Shown here piece after piece: positions 44,446 through 57,056 of a stretch of DNA of 64,000 bases. The position numbers and the translations under genes were made by a program. Source of the DNA: an uncultured delta proteobacterium (lineage in GTDB: Bacteria; Myxococcota; Myxococcia; Myxococcales; 40CM-4-68-19). Position 1 is the first letter of the stretch, and every line of letters starts with the position of its first letter. The notes below the pieces were generated by a model. It was not told the origin of the DNA and searched no databases. It saw only the letters and a list, made by a program, of their open reading frames with translations. The stretch lies in assembly GCA_903911145.1 (NCBI GenBank), contig CAIWCD010000048.1:19984-83983 (forward strand), given 5' to 3'.

Positions 44446-44880
44446 CTACTCGACCTGGACGTGGATGTTGAGCTCGCGCTTCTGGTGGGCGCAGAGGTTC
44501 GCAACGCAGATGTAGAACGAGAGCGTCGCGGCCAGCTCGCTCTGCCCCTTTGTCTTGCCGAGGACGGGGAGCGCGAACTCGATGCCCTGGGCGGCCGTGG
44601 CCTTCGAGTCTTCTCGGGAGAGTTTCGCACGCGGCAACTCGAACGAGGTCGCGGCGTTGGCCTTCAGCGAGACGGGCGCCTCGGGCGAGACGTGGCTGCC
44701 AGCGTTCGGCACGACCGCGATGCGAAGAGCCTTCGTCTCGCCGGCCTTGAGCTTGAGCTCCATCGGCACCTCGAGCGCGTAGGCGTGCGCGGCGGTCTCG
44801 GTGTCCGCGGAGGAGTCGGCGCGGGCCGCCGATGGGAGCACGAGGGAGAGAAGCAGCGCGAGGGCTGGGAGGATTCGCAA
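44446..44880 (-). CDS. Small secreted protein, possibly DsbD-N/DsbC-like (PF11412-like) domain (tentative)
   Basis: I prefer TTG 44880, with GGAG 7 nt upstream, giving the signal peptide MRILPALALLLSLVLPSAARA|DSS. The track's longer start overlaps the divergent gene. C-terminal FYICVANLCAHQKRELNIHVQV resembles the Cys pair at the end of DsbD-N-like domains. Confidence 0.5.
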   Translation of the reverse strand: MRILPALALLLSLVLPSAARADSSADTETAAHAYALEVPMELKLKAGETKALRIAVVPNAGSHVSPEAPVSLKANAATSFELPRAKLSREDSKATAAQGIEFALPVLGKTKGQSELAATLSFYICVANLCAHQKRELNIHVQVE

Positions 44881-44959
44881 GGGATGGCTCCGTGGAAACG
44901 CCCCCTCATATAACGAACCGCGCGCTCGCGGCAGGGCCTGCCTGCTAGAATCTCGCGCA

Positions 44960-45619
44960 ATGGGTCTGACGGTCATCAATTGGAACGCGGCGAGGCGGCT
45001 GCGCAAATCGCTGCGCGAGCTGGTGCTGGCCGAGTTGACGGACAGACCGACGCTGCTGGCGATCGTCTCGGAGATGTACACGCAGGAGCATCACCTTCGG
45101 CCGTTCATGCCGCTGGCGGAGAGGTTCGCTGGACGGATGGAGATCCTTCTCTGCGCGGAGTGGCCGCAGGAGGCGCGCGAGAAGGACGGAGAACCGATGC
45201 TTGCGGCGCTCGGGTTGGCGCCCGAGGCGAGGCCGCGGCTGCTGCGCGATGAGGGAGATGTGCGGGTCGGCGTCGTGCTGCGCGCGAAACAACCGGTGGC
45301 GCTGATCGGTCTCTACTTCGCGGAGCGCGCACCGACGAGCCCGCTCTACGCGGATGACGGGCGCGAGGCGCTCTTCGCTGCGCGCGAGGAGAGGGTTGCG
45401 CTCGAGCTGTCGCAACTGCTCACGCGCCTTCCCGCGCAGCCACCACCTCCAGCTCCTGCTCCGCTCTTGAAGGCGGGCGAGCACGACTTCAATCGAGGCG
45501 GAGTCTGTCGCCTCTGCGCGGATGGCCCGATGTCACGCAGGCCGTGTCCGGGCACGCAGTCGCTCGCTCGGGCGGAGGAGAAGGCGCGGGATCGCTTCGA
45601 GCTGATCGAGCTGGAATGA
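44960..45619 (+). CDS. Hypothetical protein (219 aa)
   Basis: Start moved to ATG 44960 (MGLTVINWNAARRL) to clear the divergent neighbour. GC3-biased ORF. No family recognised. Confidence 0.5.
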   Translation: MGLTVINWNAARRLRKSLRELVLAELTDRPTLLAIVSEMYTQEHHLRPFMPLAERFAGRMEILLCAEWPQEAREKDGEPMLAALGLAPEARPRLLRDEGDVRVGVVLRAKQPVALIGLYFAERAPTSPLYADDGREALFAAREERVALELSQLLTRLPAQPPPPAPAPLLKAGEHDFNRGGVCRLCADGPMSRRPCPGTQSLARAEEKARDRFELIELE

Positions 45620-45671
45620 ATGACCATTCATTTTCACCGAGGGCGCGCTCCGCGAGCAGACCGCGGCGCCG

Positions 45672-46907
45672 CTATCGACGAAATGCAGCCGCGTCGGTCG
45701 CGCTCGGATTGATGAGCACCTGACCGCTGGCCGCGTCGACCGCGACCTTCTCTCCGCTCCCCACGCGCTCGAAGAGTGCACGCAGGCCGCTGACGGCGGG
45801 AAGGCCCAGCGCGGTGCAGAGCGAGATGCCGGGACTCTCTGCTGCGGGACCCGCACAGAGCGCGCCGCCGGCTCCCTGGCCCCAACCGCGCAGCGCCGCG
45901 ATCGCGGGAAGCTGGACGGCCACGAGCAGCTCTCCGCGACGGACGCGATCGGGCGAGAGGCCCGCATGTCGATGCGCGACCGCGCTCGCGAGCGCTTCCA
46001 CCTCGAGAGCTCGGCGCGCAAGCGGACCGTGCCCGGCCAGCGTGCGCGCACTCTCGGCCGCGATCCGCTCGAGCGCCTGCGACGGCGAGAGACCGGCTTC
46101 GACGTGCTCGCATGCACGCTCGACGACGCGCTCGTCTTCGATCACCGTCTCGAGTTCGACAGGCAGATGCGCGCCCTTGCCGAGCGCGAGGCGTGCGCGC
46201 GAGAGCAGTTCGCGCAGCTCATCTTTCTCAGCGACGAAGTCGGCCGTGAGCTGCGCGATGGCCTTCGCGCGGGACTCGGCGTCGAGACGCACGCGCCCTT
46301 CCCTGCGGGCGAGAGCGCGAGAGAGAACATGCACCATCCCGAGCGTCTTGCCGCAACCGTTGCCCTCGCCCGTCAACTGGGCCTGCGCGCCGTGGGTCCG
46401 CTCTGCGCCGAGCAGCGCTGCGAGCGGCCGAGCGCATGCGAGCGCCAGCAGCACGTCTGCTTGCGTAAACGGGCCCATCTCCCGCTGCAGCACGAGCGCA
46501 CCGCACGGACGAGCACCCGCGAGCAGCGGAACCGCCAGGAACGCGGGGAAGCGCTCCTCGGCCAACTGCGGGAAGTAGGCGAACTGCGCGGTCAGCCCGG
46601 CGTCATCGACCGTCACCGGGCGCAGCGTCTCGACCGCCGTGCCGGTGATTCCCTGGCCAACCTGAAGCCGCACCTCGCCGATCGCCCGCTCGGGAAACCC
46701 GTGGTTGCCGCGCAGCACGAGGTCATCCTTGCCCTCGAGCACGTAGACGGAAGCGACGGGTGAGGCCGCGACTTCGGCGAGCAGCTCGCAGAGATACTTC
46801 AAGCTGTCGGCAAGCGAGCCCGCCGGATCTGCGCCAGCCGCGAACTTCAGCGCCGCCTCGACCCGCGGTCCGCCGACGACCTGCGCTGTCACTCGTGGTG
46901 AATCCAT
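45672..46907 (-). CDS. GAF domain protein with PTS Enzyme-I-like N-terminal and swivel domains (PtsP-like, truncated and lacking the catalytic His)
   Basis: GAF region [22 protein letters not shown]...[19 protein letters not shown]...[19 protein letters not shown] is as in PtsP. A helical EI-N-like region and a swivel-like segment [27 protein letters not shown] follow. The protein ends after it. Confidence 0.7.
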   Translation of the reverse strand: MDSPRVTAQVVGGPRVEAALKFAAGADPAGSLADSLKYLCELLAEVAASPVASVYVLEGKDDLVLRGNHGFPERAIGEVRLQVGQGITGTAVETLRPVTVDDAGLTAQFAYFPQLAEERFPAFLAVPLLAGARPCGALVLQREMGPFTQADVLLALACARPLAALLGAERTHGAQAQLTGEGNGCGKTLGMVHVLSRALARREGRVRLDAESRAKAIAQLTADFVAEKDELRELLSRARLALGKGAHLPVELETVIEDERVVERACEHVEAGLSPSQALERIAAESARTLAGHGPLARRALEVEALASAVAHRHAGLSPDRVRRGELLVAVQLPAIAALRGWGQGAGGALCAGPAAESPGISLCTALGLPAVSGLRALFERVGSGEKVAVDAASGQVLINPSATDAAAFRR

Positions 46908-46945
46908 GGCGCGACATGTATCGCGAAATCCCCCCGCGGCGTCCC

Positions 46946-48031
46946 CTACTTCGCCGGCGAAACGTCGAACGCTGCGACCAGTTTCTTCAGCCCGATCGGC
47001 TCATCCTCGAACTTGCAGACCGCACTCGGGTTGCGCGCGTCCCACGAATCATCGCGCTGCTCGAGCACAAGATATTCGCAGCCTGCCGCGCGGAGCATCG
47101 CCGCCCGACCGCTCGCTGTGCGGCGCAGCGTCTCTCCGGCGGCGAGAAATCTCGTCTCGAGGTTGTCGAAAAATCGCTTCGCATGCGGCTGGTGGCGGGC
47201 AACGAGGCGCATGCGGGGAATGTCCTGCGCCTTGAACTCAGCAGGCAGCTGCGCGAACTCGATGCGATCGCGCAGGCGGGCCTGCGAGACGGCATCCGGC
47301 TCGACGTCCCAGAGTTGTCGCGCCTCTTCGAGCGGCTTCATCGAGTTCCACAACTGCGCATCGAATCCCTCGAGCACGATCGCCTCGAGCAGCAGCGTGT
47401 CGTCATCGAAGGTGAGAAAGAGCGTTCCATTGCCGCGGCGCCAGGCCAGCTCGGTGACGTTGCCGTCCATCTGTCCGCGCGCGCCGCCGACGCCGAGCGC
47501 CTGTGCGATTTGCTTGATGCGAAGGTCGGGTGCCTTCGTCGTCAGCGCCGCGCTGCCGAGCAGCACTTCGCCGACGAAGACCTTCATCGTCGGATTTTCT
47601 GGCCGGTGCCGTGCGCGCAGGGCAAGGCGGCGCACGCGCCCATCGCCCGTCCAGAGTTCGACGCCGAGAGAAGGCCAGCGCCAGACCGCCTCCAGCTTCT
47701 CCTCCGGAGGCCCGAGCTTGCTCAAGAGCGGCTCCACCGGATCGCCCGGAGCCGCGCCCATCAAGGTCGGCGAGAGCAGGTCGGCGATCAGGTCGAGCCT
47801 CACCGCAGGCGCGTCGGGATGGTGGACCTGCGCGCGCACAGCAGCCTCGGCCGCGGCGACCGCATCGGGCCCTGCGTCCGGCAGCACGACGATCACCTTC
47901 GACTGTCCCGCGCCTCCCGGCACCGCGCTCGAAGGCGCATCAGGAGCGGGCTGCGGCATCGGCACACTGCGCGACGTGCATGCAAGAGCGAGCAGAGAGA
48001 GAGCGAGAAGTGCGATGCTTCGCTTGAACAT
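46946..48031 (-). CDS. Hypothetical lipoprotein (361 aa)
   Basis: Start moved to ATG 48031. [18 protein letters not shown] is a lipobox signal. No family recognised. Confidence 0.55.
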   Translation of the reverse strand: MFKRSIALLALSLLALACTSRSVPMPQPAPDAPSSAVPGGAGQSKVIVVLPDAGPDAVAAAEAAVRAQVHHPDAPAVRLDLIADLLSPTLMGAAPGDPVEPLLSKLGPPEEKLEAVWRWPSLGVELWTGDGRVRRLALRARHRPENPTMKVFVGEVLLGSAALTTKAPDLRIKQIAQALGVGGARGQMDGNVTELAWRRGNGTLFLTFDDDTLLLEAIVLEGFDAQLWNSMKPLEEARQLWDVEPDAVSQARLRDRIEFAQLPAEFKAQDIPRMRLVARHQPHAKRFFDNLETRFLAAGETLRRTASGRAAMLRAAGCEYLVLEQRDDSWDARNPSAVCKFEDEPIGLKKLVAAFDVSPAK

Positions 48032-48133
48032 GGCGCGCACTCTCGCTCGAGAGCCGCGATTTCCCAAAGTCGAAACTCCTCGGCTCGGGAAGGCTGCCCG
48101 CCTGCGCGACTCGCGCTAATCTCCACAGCCGCG

Positions 48134-48607
48134 ATGAAGACCAACTCCGCCCGGATCCTCGACTCGCTTGGAATCCAGTACGAGCTGCGCGACTACGTTG
48201 TCGACGAGGAGGACCTCTCGGCAGAGAGCGTCGCGCGCAAGGTGGGCCTGCCTCCCGAGCAGGTCTTCAAGACGCTCGTCTGTCGCGGAGACAAGAACGG
48301 CGTGTGCATGGCGGTCGTCCCGGCCGACGCCGCGCTCGATCTCAAAGCGCTCGCGCGACTCTCGGGAGACAAGAGCATCGACACCGTCGCGCTCAAGGAG
48401 GTGCAGCCGCTCACCGGCTACATCCGCGGCGGCGTCACGGCTCTCGGCGCGAAGAAGGATTTTCCCGTCTACGTCGAGGAGACGATCGAGTTGTTCGACA
48501 TCGTCAGCGTCTCGGCGGGCGTGCGCGGGACGCAGCTCATCCTCGCGCCGGGTGACTATCTGCGCGCGACAAAAGCGAAGGTCGGGGCGATCTCGCGCAG
48601 CGCTTGA
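48134..48607 (+). CDS. ybaK: Cys-tRNA(Pro)/Cys-tRNA(Cys) deacylase YbaK/EbsC
   Basis: This is the tail of a long artefactual ORF. From ATG 48134: [21 protein letters not shown]...[29 protein letters not shown]...[14 protein letters not shown] (YbaK fold motifs), 157 aa. Confidence 0.85.
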   Translation: MKTNSARILDSLGIQYELRDYVVDEEDLSAESVARKVGLPPEQVFKTLVCRGDKNGVCMAVVPADAALDLKALARLSGDKSIDTVALKEVQPLTGYIRGGVTALGAKKDFPVYVEETIELFDIVSVSAGVRGTQLILAPGDYLRATKAKVGAISRSA

Positions 48608-48664
48608 TCGCGCAAGGTCGCACCAGGAGCGGTCGCGCGGAGATGATTTGCATACAAACGATCT

Positions 48665-49747
48665 CTAGATGTGCCCTTGCGCGCTTACCCGAAGGCTCTC
48701 TTCGGCGAGCAGCTTGACCCAGTAGCCGAGCATGGCGAACCGCTCGTCCTGCGTCAGGCCGGCCTTGTAGCGCGCGTAGATCTGCTGAGCGACGACCGCG
48801 TTCTTGAAGAGCGCGAATGAAAGATAGAAGGAGAGATCTCCGACGTCGCGGCCGCTCTTTAGCGCGTAGGCCTGGGCGAATTCGCGCCGCGTGAAGCTGC
48901 CCGGCAGGTAGGTCGGGCCGAACGCGAACGTGCGCAGCTCATCGCGATCGCCCTCCTCGACCCAATAGGCGAGCGCGGTGCCGAGATCGAGCAGCGGGTC
49001 GCCGACGGTGGCCATCTCCCAATCGAGCACGCCGAGCACCTGCGTGAGGTTCTGCGACGAGAGAACGACGTTGTCGAACTTGAAGTCATTGTGGATGAGC
49101 GCTGCCCCGCTCTCCCTCGGCAGATGCGCAGCGAGCCAGCGCGCCGCCTCCTCGATCTCGGGAACGTCGTCGGTCTTCGCGTCGGCGTAGCGGCGCGTCC
49201 AACCCGATACCTGGCGTTCAACATATCCCTCGGGCTTGCCGAGCGCTGCGAGCGCGGGTGCGCGGACATCGAGCGCGTGCAGCGCAACGAGCGTGTCGAC
49301 GAGAGCAGAATCGATCGCGCGCTTCTCCTCGGGAGGGATCGGCACAGGCGGAGTCGGGCCGCGCAGGATCGTGCCGCGCAGCCGGTCCATCACATAGAAG
49401 GGCACGCCGATCACACTCTCGTCGTCGCATTGCGCGAGCGGCCGCGGGGCCTTGCCAAACTGCGAGGAGAGCGGAGCGAGCGCCGAGAGCACGCGCACCT
49501 CGCGCCCCATGTCGTGCGCGCTCTTGACCTTGCTGCCTCGAGGAGGACGACGCAGCACCAGCTCTCTCCCAGCGCTGTCGATGACGAGATAGGTCAGGTT
49601 CGAGTAGCCCTTGGCGAACTGCTCGACGGTGAACGGCGCGCGCAGTTCGGGCAGCTTCTCGAGCAACCAGAGAGTGAGCGGTTCGAGTGGAAGCTCTTCG
49701 CCAGCGCGGACAGGACGGGCACGATCGAGCGGAGCCTGGTCGGTCAT
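48665..49747 (-). CDS. APH-fold phosphotransferase (ACAD10/11-associated kinase subfamily)
   Basis: Start moved to ATG 49747 (MTDQAPLDR). Catalytic loop ALIHNDFKFDNVVL and VLDWEMATVGDPLLDLG. The start overlaps the upstream stop (ATGA). Confidence 0.8.
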   Translation of the reverse strand: MTDQAPLDRARPVRAGEELPLEPLTLWLLEKLPELRAPFTVEQFAKGYSNLTYLVIDSAGRELVLRRPPRGSKVKSAHDMGREVRVLSALAPLSSQFGKAPRPLAQCDDESVIGVPFYVMDRLRGTILRGPTPPVPIPPEEKRAIDSALVDTLVALHALDVRAPALAALGKPEGYVERQVSGWTRRYADAKTDDVPEIEEAARWLAAHLPRESGAALIHNDFKFDNVVLSSQNLTQVLGVLDWEMATVGDPLLDLGTALAYWVEEGDRDELRTFAFGPTYLPGSFTRREFAQAYALKSGRDVGDLSFYLSFALFKNAVVAQQIYARYKAGLTQDERFAMLGYWVKLLAEESLRVSAQGHI

Positions 49748-50475
49748 AGCGAGGTCACCATGTCGGGCGCGTCGGCGAGATGCGGGAGTTCGTTGAAGCT
49801 CGCGAGCGAGAAGCGGGGCTCGTTTCCGCTGGAGAAGAGAAAGCGGCTCGAGGAGGCGTTGCGAATCTGGAGCACCAACTCGAGCGCTTGCGCGTGACCG
49901 AGGTCGAGCGACAACTGCGCGGCCGCTCCGATCACGCCCGCCGACGTGAACGCCACGAAGTTCGCGCCCCGCGGTGAACCGCGCAGGATCGTGTCGAGCG
50001 CAGAGCGCACGCGCGCCCGGAACGCAAGCCACGTCTCCACCCCCGACGCCGCAATCACGCCCTGGTTCCAGAGGCGCAGAATGGTCGAGCCGAGCCTGCG
50101 ACGCGCCCGCGTGCGCGACTCGTCATCCGTCGCGGAGAGCATCTCCTGCGCAAGCGAGTTCAGCAGCGGATGCCGCTCACAGATTGCCCCGAGCTGATCC
50201 TGCAGCAGCGGCTCGATGCGCATCTCGTCGAGCTCCTCGAGCTGTTCGATGGCCGCCGCGCGCCCGCCCCCGCTGCGAAACGCCTCGAGCGCCAACTCCG
50301 CCGAGCGCCGCTGCCGCTCGCGCGGACCGCAGTAGATGCGATCGATCGTCTCGCCCCGCTTCGCCCAGTGCGCACCCAGCTTGCGCGCCTGCGCTTCACC
50401 GAGCGCAGAGAGTTTGTCGTAGACGACGGCGTCAGCCGAGGCCTGTCCGTGGCGGATGAGAGTGAGGGAGCCCAT
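49744..50475 (-). CDS. Histidine phosphatase (phosphoglycerate mutase) family protein
   Basis: Start moved to ATG 50475. [15 protein letters not shown] carries the RHG catalytic motif. [12 protein letters not shown] and [12 protein letters not shown] are typical of branch 1. Confidence 0.78.
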   Translation of the reverse strand: MGSLTLIRHGQASADAVVYDKLSALGEAQARKLGAHWAKRGETIDRIYCGPRERQRRSAELALEAFRSGGGRAAAIEQLEELDEMRIEPLLQDQLGAICERHPLLNSLAQEMLSATDDESRTRARRRLGSTILRLWNQGVIAASGVETWLAFRARVRSALDTILRGSPRGANFVAFTSAGVIGAAAQLSLDLGHAQALELVLQIRNASSSRFLFSSGNEPRFSLASFNELPHLADAPDMVTSL

Positions 50476-50611
50476 GTCGCGGAGGATATGCGAGCGGCCC
50501 CCCCACTTGCGCTTTTTCCAAACCGCGCTAGAGAAACGCCGCTCCGTCGCGCAAGGCCACGGATGCAAACTTGGGGTTGCCGCGCAAGGCCGCTCCCCTC
50601 GGAGAAACACC

Positions 50612-53296
<2,685 letters not shown>

Positions 53297-53303
53297 GGCG
53301 CGC

Positions 53304-53837
53304 ATGCCGGACGGGTCGCCTCTCGAAACCGCTGTCGCTGCGGTCGTCGGTCGGCCCGTCTGGATGTCGTGGAAGGGCTATGGCTCGTTCATTGCGTTCG
53401 AGTGCGGAGTGGCTCTTGCGACGGTGAGCGACGAGCCCTTCACCGATGATCAGCTCTTCGGCGTGCCCGTGACCCGTCGGGTCGCGGGAGTCGGCGGTGA
53501 CCACTGCCTGATGATCGAGATGGCCGCGTGGAAGCTCTTCTCGGGCAATACGCGGCTCGCCCACTCGCAATCGGAGCGCGAGGAGATCGACTCGGTGGTG
53601 CACTGGATCACCGGGCAGCACCTCAAGAAGATGGTTCGCCGCGGGCCGAGTTCCGTCGAGCTGCAGTTCGATCTCGGCGCGCGATTCGAAATCGGGCCGG
53701 CGCGCGACGGCCACGGCGGTGACAGCATGCTCTCGATCCGCCACGAATCGACGTTCACGACGCTGCATGCGGATGGCAGTGTGACGGTGCAGCCGTGGGG
53801 CGGCGACAATCCGGACGCATCGGTGCGCTGGGAGTGA
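53304..53837 (+). CDS. Hypothetical protein (177 aa)
   Basis: ORF starting 8 nt after the acnA stop. No signal peptide. No family recognised. Confidence 0.45.
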   Translation: MPDGSPLETAVAAVVGRPVWMSWKGYGSFIAFECGVALATVSDEPFTDDQLFGVPVTRRVAGVGGDHCLMIEMAAWKLFSGNTRLAHSQSEREEIDSVVHWITGQHLKKMVRRGPSSVELQFDLGARFEIGPARDGHGGDSMLSIRHESTFTTLHADGSVTVQPWGGDNPDASVRWE

Positions 53838-53901
53838 AGCGCCGCACTGCGAGTTTCGAGATCGCCAGACGCAGGCAGATACACACAGAGAGAGGTCGGG
53901 C

Positions 53902-54402
53902 ATGAAAACGCTGCTGCTCATCGCGAAGATCATCGGAGGCCTGATCGCCTCGGCCGTGCTGCTCGTGGTGATCGTGATCGCAACGATTCTGATCCGCAAG
54001 TCGGGTTGGTTCATTCTCCGCAGCGACGTCGAGAAACTGGTCTCCGGCGTGCTCAGCGAGCCGGCGAATGCGACTGCGTTCTGCGGCATACCGGCCGATG
54101 TGGTGATGAGCCCGAGTCTGCCGACAGACAATTGGCCGCCGTTCAATACGCCGAGCATCAGCTTGCGCAGTTGGAGGCCCGTGCTGCCGATGAGCGGCAC
54201 GATCGAGGCGCGCGTCTCGGGCATCGCAGGGAAGCGCGGCACGGATATGTTCGGCGCTCAGACGCGAGCAACCGTGGTGTCCGCGCAGCGCTGCGAAGGC
54301 ATCGTCCGCATCGACTATCGCTTCCGCTGGGAGGACAATGGCCGCAGCGTCGGTTTGTCGAGCGAGGTCGTGGGGACGCCGACGATCGAGAAGACGAAGT
54401 AA
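53902..54402 (+). CDS. Hypothetical membrane-anchored protein (166 aa)
   Basis: N-terminal TM LLLIAKIIGGLIASAVLLVVIVIATILI. No family recognised. Confidence 0.45.
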   Translation: MKTLLLIAKIIGGLIASAVLLVVIVIATILIRKSGWFILRSDVEKLVSGVLSEPANATAFCGIPADVVMSPSLPTDNWPPFNTPSISLRSWRPVLPMSGTIEARVSGIAGKRGTDMFGAQTRATVVSAQRCEGIVRIDYRFRWEDNGRSVGLSSEVVGTPTIEKTK

Positions 54403-54429
54403 CGCGAGCCAGGCATATCCCGACGTGAA

Positions 54430-56193
54430 TCAGGGAATCGCCACTCCCTGCGCGAGCATGAACGTCGGCCCCGAGGGGATATTCGAGGCATCCGTTCCCT
54501 CGGCATAGAAGCCGATATCGTAGGTATCCGCGGCGAGGCTCACGCTGAAGACCGGCCCGCTGCTGCAGGGAAACGTATAGTTCGTGCTGTTTCCGTGCGC
54601 GCCGTGAAAGTAGAGATATCCGAAGTAGGAATTGCAGTGATTCGTCAAGACCGGCGCCACACCATTGAGCGTGATTGAACCGCTTGCGACCAGCGGCTTG
54701 ATATCCAGATTGAGATTCGCCTGGTTGGTATTGATGACTACGCCCTGCGCGAGCATGAGCGTCGGCCCCGAGGGGATATTCGAGGCCTCCGTCCCTTCGG
54801 CATAGAAGCCGATATCGTAGGTATCCGCCGCGAGGTTCATGCTGAAGGTCGGCCCGGCGCTGCAGGGAAACGTATAGTTCGCGGTATTCCCGTGTGCGCC
54901 GTGAAAGTAGAGATATCCGAAGTAGGAATTGCAGTTGTTCGTCAAGACCGGCGCCGCGCCATTGAGCGTGATTGAACCACTCACGGCCAGCGGCCTGATA
55001 TCCAGATTGAGATTCGACTGGTTGGTATTGACGGCAACACCCTGCGCAAGCACGAACGTCGGCCCCGAGGGGAGATTCGAGGCATCCGTCCCTTCCGCAT
55101 AGAATCCGATATCGTAGGTATCCGCCGCAAGGCTCACGCTGAAGGTCGGCCCGCTGCTGCACGGGAACGTATAGTTCGTGGTGTTGCCATGCGTGCCGTG
55201 GAAGTAGAGATATCCGAAGTAGAAATTGCAATTGTTCGTCAACACGGGCGCCGCGCCGTTGAGCGTGATCGAACCGCTCACCGTCACGGGCTTGATATCC
55301 AGATTCAGCATGGATTGATTGGCGTTGATCACAACTCCCTGCGCGAGCGTGAACGTCGGGCCCGAGGGGAGATTCGAAGCATCCGTTCCCTCGGCATAGA
55401 AACCGATATCGTAGGTATCCGCCGCCAGCATCACGCTGTATTCCGTCCCGCTGCTGCACGGGAACGTATAGTTCGCGCTGTTCCCATGCGCGCCATGGAA
55501 GAAGAGATATCCGAAGTAGGAGTTGCAGTTGTTCGTCAACACCGGCGCCGCACCATTGAGCGTAATCGCGCCGCGCACGGCCAGCGGCTTGATATCCAGA
55601 TTGAGATTCAATCGATTGGCGTTGATCACCACGCCTTGCGCGAGCATGAAGGTCGGCCCCGAGGGGAGATTCGAGGCATCCGTTCCCTCGGCATAGAAGC
55701 CGATATCGTAGGTATCCGCTGCCAGGCTCACGCTGAAGCTCGACCCGCTGCTGCAGGGGAACGTATAGTTCGTGCTGTTTCCGTGCGCGCCGTGAAAGTA
55801 GAGATATCCGAAGTAGGAATTGCAGTTATTCGTCAAGACCGGCGCCGCACCATTGAGCGTGATTGAACCGCTCACCGCCAGCGGCTTGATATCCAGCACG
55901 AGGTTCGACGCATTGCCGCCCGTGCAGACTCCGCTGTTGCACAAATACCCGGCAGGGCAGCCTTCCGCACAGATTCCCCCGCTTCCACCTCCTGCGCCGC
56001 CGCCGCTGCCTCCGGCTGTTCCGCCGCCTGATCCACCACCGCTGCCACCCCCGGAGCCACCGCCATTACCGGGGCCAATATCGCGGCTGCAGGCCGCCAT
56101 CGACATCGCGAGTGTACAGACGAGGGCCAGCATCGAGGTGTTCGATTGAATCGAATGACGCATGAAATGGGCTCCCGCCTTGGATTGGGGCAA
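54430..56193 (-). CDS. Lipoprotein with Gly/Ser tether, Cys-knot and five tandem 99-aa beta-sandwich-like domains
   Basis: Signal and lipobox LALVCTLAMSMAAC (the start may be Met11). GGGSGGGS spacer, then ICAEGCPAGYLCNSGVC. Five repeats of LNLDIKPLAVSGSITLNGAAPVLTNNCNSYFGYLYFHGAHGN..NYTFPCSSG...AADTYDIGFYAEGTDASN.PSGPTF.LAQGV. Confidence 0.8.
   Translation of the reverse strand: MPQSKAGAHFMRHSIQSNTSMLALVCTLAMSMAACSRDIGPGNGGGSGGGSGGGSGGGTAGGSGGGAGGGSGGICAEGCPAGYLCNSGVCTGGNASNLVLDIKPLAVSGSITLNGAAPVLTNNCNSYFGYLYFHGAHGNSTNYTFPCSSGSSFSVSLAADTYDIGFYAEGTDASNLPSGPTFMLAQGVVINANRLNLNLDIKPLAVRGAITLNGAAPVLTNNCNSYFGYLFFHGAHGNSANYTFPCSSGTEYSVMLAADTYDIGFYAEGTDASNLPSGPTFTLAQGVVINANQSMLNLDIKPVTVSGSITLNGAAPVLTNNCNFYFGYLYFHGTHGNTTNYTFPCSSGPTFSVSLAADTYDIGFYAEGTDASNLPSGPTFVLAQGVAVNTNQSNLNLDIRPLAVSGSITLNGAAPVLTNNCNSYFGYLYFHGAHGNTANYTFPCSAGPTFSMNLAADTYDIGFYAEGTEASNIPSGPTLMLAQGVVINTNQANLNLDIKPLVASGSITLNGVAPVLTNHCNSYFGYLYFHGAHGNSTNYTFPCSSGPVFSVSLAADTYDIGFYAEGTDASNIPSGPTFMLAQGVAIP
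54433..55902 (-). repeat. 297-bp in-frame tandem repeat, about 4.95 copies
   Basis: Protein repeats start at residues 98, 197, 296, 395 and 494. Pairwise identity is roughly 85-90 percent by eye. Confidence 0.9.
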
Positions 56194-56252
56194 CGTTCAT
56201 ATCCGCAAGCCCCTCACCGAAGCCAGAGCGCGCGACGAGAGCAGCGGTGCGC

Positions 56253-57056
56253 CTAACGCCAGCGGGTCAGGAGCTTCTCGCGATCAAAGAGCCGCGCCGC
56301 GAGGGCGACGAGCGCAATGTCTGCAAGCAGCGTCGCGATCGCGAGCACCGAATAGAAGCGCCAGCCCAGCGAGACGCGGCCTGCGAGCTGCGCGACGAGT
56401 GCGCCGAGCAGCGGCACGACGGTCATGCCCGCGAGATTCTGCGCGGCACGCGGATCGGCGACGACCGAGCCGAGCACGACCGCGATGGCGTTTCCGAAGA
56501 GGGCGAGCAGCGGTGAGAGCACCACGGTCGCGAAGAGCCAGGTCGCGTCCGGCAGAGGCGCGCGCGCACCAACGGGCATATGCGGCAGCGCGAGCCAATC
56601 GATTCCGCCGCAGAAGATCGCGGCCGCAATCCAGGTGATGAACACGCTCGGCACCACCGCCGCGACGCTCTTGCCGAGAATGATCTCGAGCGTCGTCACC
56701 GGCGTCGCCAGCAGCGGCTCGAGCGTGCGCCGCTCGCGTTCGCCTCCAACCGACTGCGCCGCAATCAGGATGGGCAGGAAGATTGGCAGAACGAGAAACA
56801 TCGGGAGCCAGTTCTTCGCGAGCAGGGCCGCCAGCGCCGCGGCTTTGCCGCCCTCGGCAGAGATGCCGTAGAGGTCGCGCAGAAAATCGACGGCCTGCTC
56901 GGGCGCCGCGTGCGTGAGCCACGCGTAGAGGCCCAGCGGCATCAGCACGACCGTGAACGGAAGCGAGATCATCGAGAGCAGAAGCAGCGGCGAGCGGCGC
57001 AACTCGAGCAGCTCCTTCTCGACCATCACGCGCGCACCGCGCAGGGGAGCGGTCAC
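56253..57056 (-). CDS. ABC-2 type transporter permease
   Basis: Six hydrophobic segments and 267 aa. 4-nt overlap with the upstream ATPase gene. ABC-2 topology is inferred. Confidence 0.7.
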   Translation of the reverse strand: MTAPLRGARVMVEKELLELRRSPLLLLSMISLPFTVVLMPLGLYAWLTHAAPEQAVDFLRDLYGISAEGGKAAALAALLAKNWLPMFLVLPIFLPILIAAQSVGGERERRTLEPLLATPVTTLEIILGKSVAAVVPSVFITWIAAAIFCGGIDWLALPHMPVGARAPLPDATWLFATVVLSPLLALFGNAIAVVLGSVVADPRAAQNLAGMTVVPLLGALVAQLAGRVSLGWRFYSVLAIATLLADIALVALAARLFDREKLLTRWR

